From a virus (taxonomy: Duplodnaviria > Caudoviricetes), in the IMG/VR virus record IMGVR_UViG_3300037461_001099, positions 1-29,496 of that record: a DNA stretch of 29,496 nucleotides; one strand, given 5' to 3'. The notes beneath the pieces were generated by a model. The model searched no databases, had not been told where the DNA came from, and worked only from the letters and a program-made list of their open reading frames with translations. This document shows positions 22,856 to 29,496 of this stretch, piece by piece (within the stretch, counting starts at the first letter, position 1; every line of letters starts with the position of its first letter). The translations under genes were made by a program, and so were the position numbers.

Positions 22856-24101
22856 TTATTTTATCTCCTTCCATTTTGATTTCTTCTTTATTATTTACGA
22901 CATTTTCTTTAGGGGGGGTCGTTGCTTCTTGAATGTTCTTATTCCTTAAATCATCCGCACCTTTTTGTTTAGAAGGTTTAAATCCTACAATACTTCTAAT
23001 TTCATTAGAACTGAGAATTTCATTCCTTGTAAACTTATCGGCAACATCCGCTATCTGAGACATTGAAACAAGTTTAAAGGGATCACGAAGGTAACCAATA
23101 GATTGGCCTTGTGATCTTGCCGTTTTTGTCAAAAAGGTTCTCTTCATACTAACAGTAATTGCCGTTAGTATTGGGTCAATGGTTCCATTATAATAATTAA
23201 TCATAGCTGCTTCTTCGGCAGTACCATCAAAAATTTCTTTAGTTAAACCCAATTGACTAAAAAGCATGTTAGTTAAATACTCAATCTGAGCTAACAAATT
23301 ATTCTCAGCTGGCCTATTTAACTGTGTTATTTTCTCTGTTCCATCAGTATAAGCTATTCCATATTTTGAACCTTGTAATTGACTCTCAATATCTTTACGT
23401 CTAGTCTCAGCTTGTTCGCGTCTAGTTTGGGTTTTAATCACATAAGGTAATTGAATAATTAAATCTAACTTTCCGCTACCACTCTGCTTATCGATAACAT
23501 CCAAAAGATTTAATTTGTCAACCAGACGTCGTAAAGTAGAATTTGGTTCATTCATTACAGAATAAAAAGGATTCTCAACAATAGCCACTAAAGATTTTGG
23601 AAGAATTAAATCTTCTTTTTGTCCTGTTACTTGATTATAAAGATTAACCTTTACATTTTCTGGATACCATTCGACAATCTTTCCAGTTCTCATGCTTAAT
23701 ATGTCATGAGTACCCGAAATTTTTGGATTGGCACTATATTCCGTTGGAACGATCCCAACAACACCCTCATCAAGCATGGACATTACAACATCATGAAAGA
23801 AACTTTGACCTGTTTGGTCAATATTAGCTTCAAGTGTCAAGCAATTATTTAAATTAGATTTAATAATTTCTAAAAATTTATCATTTTCATCAAGACGAAT
23901 ATGATTAATAGGAATAGAAGAAGCGTGAACAGCAATTTTTGTATATATTGATGATATAATGGTTCTTTCGTTTCCCAAATATAAACGTATGCGATCTGGT
24001 CTAGTAGTATAACCTACTCCTAAATCAGAATATGATAAAAATTCTTCTCCATATCTAAATATATTCCAGGCAGTCTTAATACGATCGGTTATTGATGTCA
24101 C
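22845..24101 (-). CDS. Portal protein
   Basis: 418 aa between terminase and protease/capsid; ILSSNEIRSIVG C-terminal portal motif. Confidence 0.9.
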   Translation of the reverse strand: MTSITDRIKTAWNIFRYGEEFLSYSDLGVGYTTRPDRIRLYLGNERTIISSIYTKIAVHASSIPINHIRLDENDKFLEIIKSNLNNCLTLEANIDQTGQSFFHDVVMSMLDEGVVGIVPTEYSANPKISGTHDILSMRTGKIVEWYPENVKVNLYNQVTGQKEDLILPKSLVAIVENPFYSVMNEPNSTLRRLVDKLNLLDVIDKQSGSGKLDLIIQLPYVIKTQTRREQAETRRKDIESQLQGSKYGIAYTDGTEKITQLNRPAENNLLAQIEYLTNMLFSQLGLTKEIFDGTAEEAAMINYYNGTIDPILTAITVSMKRTFLTKTARSQGQSIGYLRDPFKLVSMSQIADVADKFTRNEILSSNEIRSIVGFKPSKQKGADDLRNKNIQEATTPPKENVVNNKEEIKMEGDKINDR

Positions 24102-24113
24102 ATACTTTTCCTC

Positions 24114-25859
24114 CTATTCAAAAGCTTCTTTAAAACTCTTATATGATATATAAGCATCCATAAGAGCTGCTACGGGATCTATTTTTTGTTCATAACGTCT
24201 TTTCAATAACTTCCTGTTACCATTTGTGTCTTCTATTGTAATTGCGTTTCCCATAGCAAAGGACATGAGTTCTTGATCAAATATCAGCATTCTTTCTTCT
24301 GCTAAATCTTTCAGTTCTCCTAAAGGAACAGATTCGGTTTTAGCACCCTGAGGAACTTTCTCAATTCCATAAGGACCATTTTCTCTTTCCCAACGTTCAA
24401 CAAACTCTCTAGCATTATAAGGATCAAACCCAACACAACGAACGTCAAATCTAGAATCTTCTATGAATTTTTCTAGATCATCGAATACCTCCATCATATC
24501 TAAAACAGTGCACTCAAGAACTTGTAAGCTCGTCTCGTTTAAGAAATCTTCATACTTGTTTCTCATTGCACTTGGAAGTTTTTTAAGAGTCAAAGAGGAA
24601 ATATAGCATCTAGTCTTTATGCCAAAATTACCATTTGATAATGGGAACAAAAAAGTAAACGCACAAAAATCATCTCCTTGAGAAAGATCGAATCCCAATG
24701 CACATGGAAGGTTCCAAAAATCTCTTTTTCTATGAGGTATTGTCTCTTCATAAGTAAAATAATATGTAAACCCCTCCATCGGGATTCCAAATCTTTTAGC
24801 AAGTATGTCGTTTCGCGCGGCTGGTACTTTTTCGGCTCGTTCAACATCAAGTTGATAAGTTTCATATGAAACAGTCTTACCAAGATTGGGATTTGCCTTT
24901 ATCCAAACATCTGGATTAGAAACTTCTTTAACGTCGTCTAAACGATAATACCAAATAGATACATGGGGGTTAACATAATCACCTTTAAGAATATTCAACA
25001 ATTCCATTTTGATTGAGTCACCAGAACTATTACGAATCGTTCCCTCAGAAGACATGGCTATAATCAAATAATTATCAAGTTTAGATGCTCCCTGCTCAAT
25101 TGCACCAACAACATCTTCACGAATATCGCCTGATAGCCATTCATCAATTGTAGAAACAAATGGTCGTAATCCCTGTAGTTTATTAATCGTCATTGGACGA
25201 ATTTCAAGTAAAGAACCTGTAAGAAAGTTTTCAATACCCTTCTTTGTTGATGCTAATTTAACTCTGTTAATTCTAGATCCGGTTGTATTTTGTATAGAAC
25301 CTTCTGTGAGAAAGCTAAAAAGTGGACCTCTAGATCTAATAATAGAAGTTCTAATTGGACTAAGAACTTCTTCGGCTTGTTTCATTGTGGGAGCTGTTGT
25401 GATCTGATGAGTTGTTGCGGTTTCTACGTTTAGAAAATAATTTTGTATACATGAACCGTACATCGATTTTGCTGCGCCACGAGCAACTATTAAATATTGT
25501 TTATTAATTAGCCGCTTTTTAATACGTTTTCTAATATAATGACCGCCACGACCGTTTTTATTCGGTTCATAAATACTTCGTTCAACAAAATAATACCAAC
25601 CGAAAATTTGCTCAGCCCATAATTTAAAACTATCTAATAAAGTCAAATCACTTCCATCAGTAAGGGTTAACTCATTCTCACAAAAGTTAATAAACCCATC
25701 AACAGCCTCATCATCGTAATAAATTCCAGGATTTTTAATCAAATCATCAATTCGATTCATTTCCATGGAAATTTCACGACAAATTGGAATTTCTCCACGC
25801 ATGACTTTATCACGAAATTCTTTATAATATTTTGGAATTGCTTTATTTGATAAAGTCAT
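24114..25859 (-). CDS. terL: Terminase large subunit
   Basis: Walker A VARGAAKS, Walker B STIDE, nuclease GFDLS, FDPYNA, KIDPVAALMDA. Confidence 0.93.
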   Translation of the reverse strand: MTLSNKAIPKYYKEFRDKVMRGEIPICREISMEMNRIDDLIKNPGIYYDDEAVDGFINFCENELTLTDGSDLTLLDSFKLWAEQIFGWYYFVERSIYEPNKNGRGGHYIRKRIKKRLINKQYLIVARGAAKSMYGSCIQNYFLNVETATTHQITTAPTMKQAEEVLSPIRTSIIRSRGPLFSFLTEGSIQNTTGSRINRVKLASTKKGIENFLTGSLLEIRPMTINKLQGLRPFVSTIDEWLSGDIREDVVGAIEQGASKLDNYLIIAMSSEGTIRNSSGDSIKMELLNILKGDYVNPHVSIWYYRLDDVKEVSNPDVWIKANPNLGKTVSYETYQLDVERAEKVPAARNDILAKRFGIPMEGFTYYFTYEETIPHRKRDFWNLPCALGFDLSQGDDFCAFTFLFPLSNGNFGIKTRCYISSLTLKKLPSAMRNKYEDFLNETSLQVLECTVLDMMEVFDDLEKFIEDSRFDVRCVGFDPYNAREFVERWERENGPYGIEKVPQGAKTESVPLGELKDLAEERMLIFDQELMSFAMGNAITIEDTNGNRKLLKRRYEQKIDPVAALMDAYISYKSFKEAFE

Positions 25860-25867
25860 AAAATAAT

Positions 25868-26257
25868 TTATCCTTTTCCAGCTGGAGAAGCAGCTAATAG
25901 ATATTTGTAAACGGCTTTACTTCCTCCGCGTTCTTTATAAGCTTCTTTAATAATTTCTTTTCCAACGGTTAAAAGCGCTTTACTCAATTGACTTTTAATT
26001 GCGTCAGATCGAGTTTTTGTTAATTGCTTATATTGAACTTGTGACTGTATTCGAGTATTTAGAAACTGAATTTCTGCGTTGGATAATTCGCTAATTTTTT
26101 TCTTTCTAAGTTCTACCATTTTAGCATGATCGTCACTTAGACTATTTCTTTTTTTTTCTGAAGAAGTTTTATTTGTTGAGGAAGATCTTCCGTTTCGTCT
26201 AACTCCCCAACGCATTCCTAAAACTCCAGAATGTTCTAATACATTAATAAAGTTCAT
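25868..26257 (-). CDS. HxGxxGMRWGVRR-motif phage protein (129 aa)
   Basis: LEHSGVLGMRWGVRR N-terminus and LSNAEI...R helix, characteristic of head-region genes in this phage group. Confidence 0.7.
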   Translation of the reverse strand: MNFINVLEHSGVLGMRWGVRRNGRSSSTNKTSSEKKRNSLSDDHAKMVELRKKKISELSNAEIQFLNTRIQSQVQYKQLTKTRSDAIKSQLSKALLTVGKEIIKEAYKERGGSKAVYKYLLAASPAGKG

Positions 26258-26616
26258 ACAACCTCCTCTTCCTCATCTGGTATTTCTGGATCTTTATAAA
26301 TCATCATACGCCATTCAAGCTCTTTAATTTGATTAGACAAAGCAGTATTCATATGTTCTGATGATGGAGGATCAAAAAACATGCGCGTTTTTAATAAAAT
26401 ATAATTTTTAACTATTTCAAGATCTGTTGCAGTATCTAAAAAATCAGTCCAAACCTCATCAATTCCTGAAATACTAAAAATATCAGTTGGTCCTATACCC
26501 AATTGATTAATATTAAAAAATGCCCCATTAATTCCAATTTTAATATCCTCATCAAAACCATCATACTCAGAATCTATACTTAAAGCTTTTTTAATTGACA
26601 ATAAAATACTTTCCAT
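26254..26616 (-). CDS. Putative head-tail connector/adaptor (120 aa)
   Basis: Start at ATG 26616 after GGAGGA; SILLSIKK...FD..I...IN...QLGIGP...FDPPSS...ELEWR. Confidence 0.6.
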   Translation of the reverse strand: MESILLSIKKALSIDSEYDGFDEDIKIGINGAFFNINQLGIGPTDIFSISGIDEVWTDFLDTATDLEIVKNYILLKTRMFFDPPSSEHMNTALSNQIKELEWRMMIYKDPEIPDEEEEVV

Positions 26617-26623
26617 AATCCTC

Positions 26624-27052
26624 CTATTTCCAAGGAACTGTATCATTAAGTTGACGAATAACTGGAGGTTTTTCTAAAAGAGATTCATCGCCATAATGTA
26701 TAGCTCTATGAGTTCTACTAGATGTTGTAATTAAAAATTCTGGATCAAATATGTCATTATTATCACTTTCAATGTCTTCTATAGATATAGGATTCATGTG
26801 ATGTATGATTAAACCATTATGTATAATATAACCAAGACATGCGAGATCGCACCCCTCATCTCTTAAAATGATTTTTTCGCGAAGACTTCGCCATCTTCTA
26901 GATCTATATAGCATTTGATTCAAATATCTATCAAATCCAAATGTTTCTTCTCCAATATGACCAACTAATTTAAGATAATTAAAACGATTTTCAAACAAAT
27001 TAATTTGTTTCAACTCACTGTATGTTCTAATCTTGTTCACTATCTTCTTCAT
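26624..27052 (-). CDS. HNH endonuclease (terminase-associated)
   Basis: ILRDEGCDL...IHHMNP...THRAIH. Confidence 0.8.
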   Translation of the reverse strand: MKKIVNKIRTYSELKQINLFENRFNYLKLVGHIGEETFGFDRYLNQMLYRSRRWRSLREKIILRDEGCDLACLGYIIHNGLIIHHMNPISIEDIESDNNDIFDPEFLITTSSRTHRAIHYGDESLLEKPPVIRQLNDTVPWK

Positions 27053-27365
27053 CCTTTTGGCCTGAATAATTTCTCATTGCTTTCAAGGCATTAGAATAAA
27101 GTTCTTCAATTTTCTTTGCAGATTGAAGGGCTTCTGTTTTTGCTCTAAGAAGTTCATTTTCTCTAGCTAATTTCTCTTTTTCAAGCCGTTCTTTAGTAGA
27201 CCCAAGTTTTAAATAATGAGTTATCACCATCGCTGACGCAGTTCCCTCAGTGAGTTGTCTTTCAGCAAGGTCAACAGCTTTAGAAATCATTTGATTTTCT
27301 CTAGATTCTACAGTTGACCCAGGAACCGATTTTCTTTTCTTTTTTGGAATTTCTGCGTCGCTCAT
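27027..27365 (-). CDS. Putative terminase small subunit (112 aa)
   Basis: Basic helical/coiled-coil protein upstream of HNH and terL; GTASAMVITHYLKLGS motif; function inferred from position. Confidence 0.5.
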   Translation of the reverse strand: MSDAEIPKKKRKSVPGSTVESRENQMISKAVDLAERQLTEGTASAMVITHYLKLGSTKERLEKEKLARENELLRAKTEALQSAKKIEELYSNALKAMRNYSGQKDEEDSEQD

Positions 27366-27369
27366 AAAT

Positions 27370-28275
27370 TTATACCCCTAATTCTGGAAATAAGTAAGAA
27401 TGTTCTTTAACTAAGCGAGCAAGAATTGTTTCATTAGAAAGTTTTACAGTTTCAAATGAATTATTATTCCACTTTGGAGTTTTTTTCAAAGCTTCCCAAG
27501 GATCTGGATTTTTATAAGCTTGATCTAACACCCACCACGAAATCCCTTTAATATTTCGTCCTTGTAAGTTTTCATATCGAACTTTAGCATCAAAAGCAGT
27601 AATAGCTAAATCATTAATATAACCAGCATCACCTGTATATGCTCTTCCAATCGGAGTCATAGGATAATAGCCAATTGTATCCCATACTCCTAAAGATCTT
27701 TGAATATAATTCAAAGCATCAAATACTGTTTTTCCTCCCCAGTAAATCATTGGAAGTAATACATCTACGGTTTCAAGCCAAGCTTTACCAACTTTAACAG
27801 GATGCCACTCATTTTGCAATTTTTCCGGATTCTTTGGAAGGGCCCACCAACATAATCCTTGAGGAATTTCTGGATATTCTTTTCTTAAACCTTTTGCAAG
27901 ATAATGCGCGTTTTCAATGGCTTTTGTTTTTTCATCAAAACGAGATTCTGCATCCCAAATATATCCATCTGGTCGAAAATTTCTGCAAAGAGATAAAGCA
28001 ATTTTAAGTTCGCCAACAGGGTCGATCCCATAAAGAAAAGACCAAATATAAACTTTTAGTCCATACCCACGCAAAGCTTGTACTAGATCGATTTTAATAT
28101 TTTCTCCCCATGTTCGAAAAGAACCAAAAAGGCTTTGTTTAAAAATTGTATTACCTTCTCCGCCTTTTAAACAAACACCATCGAAACCAGCATCATGAAT
28201 AAGTTTTGCAAAATCATTTGGATTTCCTTTCATTATGTCGGGAATATTCCAAGCAAAAATAGTTTTACCAAACAT
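27370..28275 (-). CDS. Putative endolysin, glycoside-hydrolase TIM-barrel-like (301 aa)
   Basis: GFDGVCLKGGEG, GLKVYIW, DGYIWDAE (DxE), LPMIYW, GISWW strand pattern reminiscent of GH25-like muramidases; no other lysin in the window. Confidence 0.6.
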   Translation of the reverse strand: MFGKTIFAWNIPDIMKGNPNDFAKLIHDAGFDGVCLKGGEGNTIFKQSLFGSFRTWGENIKIDLVQALRGYGLKVYIWSFLYGIDPVGELKIALSLCRNFRPDGYIWDAESRFDEKTKAIENAHYLAKGLRKEYPEIPQGLCWWALPKNPEKLQNEWHPVKVGKAWLETVDVLLPMIYWGGKTVFDALNYIQRSLGVWDTIGYYPMTPIGRAYTGDAGYINDLAITAFDAKVRYENLQGRNIKGISWWVLDQAYKNPDPWEALKKTPKWNNNSFETVKLSNETILARLVKEHSYLFPELGV

Positions 28276-28291
28276 GTTAACTCCTTAATTC

Positions 28292-28399
28292 TCCAAGCAC
28301 TTAAAGAAGAGACAATGCCAGTATGAGGTTTCTTGAAAGGAGGAAACGAGTACCTTGCCTGGTATATATAACACATTGTCTCTTCTTTAAGTGCTTGGA
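28292..28399. ncRNA. Candidate structured RNA / long hairpin
   Basis: Perfect 26-bp inverted repeat (28292-28317 / 28374-28399) around 56 nt with inner pairings CCAG/CTGG and GTTTC/GAAAC. Confidence 0.5.
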
Positions 28400-28406
28400 A
28401 ATATTT

Positions 28407-28940
28407 CTAACTAACAAACTTAAACCAAAATTCTGGAGAATATGCCGCAGCATAGGATATAATTAATTGACCACCAGAAGATTGATTAGCCATTAACTCA
28501 ACATAATCTCCGGAATTTAAATAATAAAAAGATGAAATTACTAATGAGGTTACAACTGTGCTTTCGCTAATTGCCATTCGACTATCTGAAGCAATGTAAT
28601 TTGACCCATTTAGCCTAATTCCAATATTCCTTCTTCCAGTTCCATTGGCAGCAAATTGGAAACCACCTCCAATAAGATAATAACCAGCTAAAGGGGCTAT
28701 TAAATATCCGCTATTAACAGATGTACTATGAGCGGCATGTGTATCAAATCTCTCAGAGTTGAATGTTAGTGCCTGCCAAGTTCCAGATGTTTGATGCGTT
28801 ATGTTTGCATTATTGTAAACTCTAGCTGAAGGGGTCAAAACAAGACCAAACGAGTCAATTAAATCTTCATAATGCGTTTGATTTGGCACTTTTCCGTTTT
28901 GAAAATATCCTTTTAAGACTGACTTATCTACTACTGCCAT
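28407..28940 (-). CDS. C1q/TNF-like domain virion protein (177 aa)
   Basis: ARVY...LTFNSERFD...APLAGYYLI...YLNSGDYVEL jelly-roll pattern; N-terminal LKGYF..G.VP....EDLIDS docking-type motif. Confidence 0.65.
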   Translation of the reverse strand: MAVVDKSVLKGYFQNGKVPNQTHYEDLIDSFGLVLTPSARVYNNANITHQTSGTWQALTFNSERFDTHAAHSTSVNSGYLIAPLAGYYLIGGGFQFAANGTGRRNIGIRLNGSNYIASDSRMAISESTVVTSLVISSFYYLNSGDYVELMANQSSGGQLIISYAAAYSPEFWFKFVS

Positions 28941-28963
28941 AAACTTAAATCCTTTATAAGATT

Positions 28964-29003
28964 TTATTTCCCCGGAGAAATGTTAAATCCTCCGGGGAAA
29001 TAA
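28964..29003. terminator. 14-bp inverted repeat between the two rightmost genes
   Basis: TTATTTCCCCGGAG-N12-CTCCGGGGAAATAA; no U-tract on the minus strand, so a terminator role is uncertain. Confidence 0.4.
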
Positions 29004-29004
29004 T

Positions 29005-29358
29005 TTAGTCATTCGCCATCTTTTTAAAAGTCAGCACAATGGTAACATTCTGAGCTGCAGTTCCAGAAGAACCATCATAATCCAACGTCATTAAAAATAC
29101 GGTATCTTTTGGGATGTAGGGATTTCTGGAATTAACAAAATTAGATTTTGTCTTTACTACGGGAACTCCGCTATCTCCAATTGCTCCTTCAACTAAATAG
29201 GCATCATCATCTGTTGAATTACCAAGCTTAAGAGTAGCAGAACTATCATTTGATGCAACTGCACTAACGTGAGTAAGCATACAATTTCGATCTACGGTCC
29301 ACTTTGCAACGTGATTTGCAGCTAAAGTTCCATTAAAATGAAAAGTTTGTTTAAACAT
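29005..29358 (-). CDS. Small beta-rich protein, possible capsid decoration protein (117 aa)
   Basis: AAAGGA RBS; alternating beta-strand pattern, ATLKLGNSTDDDAYL. Confidence 0.55.
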   Translation of the reverse strand: MFKQTFHFNGTLAANHVAKWTVDRNCMLTHVSAVASNDSSATLKLGNSTDDDAYLVEGAIGDSGVPVVKTKSNFVNSRNPYIPKDTVFLMTLDYDGSSGTAAQNVTIVLTFKKMAND

Positions 29359-29496
29359 AATAATCCTTTCTAAGTTTTTAAACAGTTTTTAATAAAATTA
29401 TACTAGTATTAACAAATTTATTATTCTTTTTTCCTCCTTTTTATAAACTTTTTATAAGAAAGTTATAACTTTTAACCCCCCGGAGAAATTTTTAAG

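Noticed and set aside
22912-22918. C7 tract near the portal 3' end as a frameshift fusing portal to protease/capsid
   Set aside because: The capsid reading frame has a TAA a few codons after the tract, before the capsid start.

Overview
This window is a 29.5-kb segment of an AT-rich tailed dsDNA phage with siphovirus architecture, and every credible gene is on the minus strand. Read in the direction of transcription (right to left), it has two small virion-type genes, a long hairpin, and a glycoside-hydrolase-like putative endolysin. These are followed by a small-terminase-like gene, HNH nuclease, head-tail protein, HxGxxGMRWGVRR-motif protein, large terminase, portal, fused prohead protease-major capsid, head/tail joining genes and major tail protein. 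Next come a three-gene repeat-fibre cassette, tail chaperones, tape measure, Dit, a ReqiPepy6-gp37-like hub, HxH tail fibres and a tandem Dp-1-type holin. The gene set resembles the ReqiPepy6/Poco6-like siphovirus group and its uncultured relatives; this is family recognition from memory, not a search. The most striking part is 3545-6581, an array of nine self-contained expression cassettes. Each is TCGCA-N6-ACAT-N4-TWTAAT-AGAAAGGAG, then a tiny ORF that is usually a membrane protein, then a hairpin, most often GNRA-looped, with a U-tract. The array includes three micropeptides missed by the ORF track, an exact 94-bp direct repeat, and RBS-occluding hairpins. A second candidate element is a 108-nt hairpin upstream of the lysin whose minus-strand apical loop displays an anti-Shine-Dalgarno sequence. 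No integrase, repressor, tRNA, rRNA or CRISPR array was seen.
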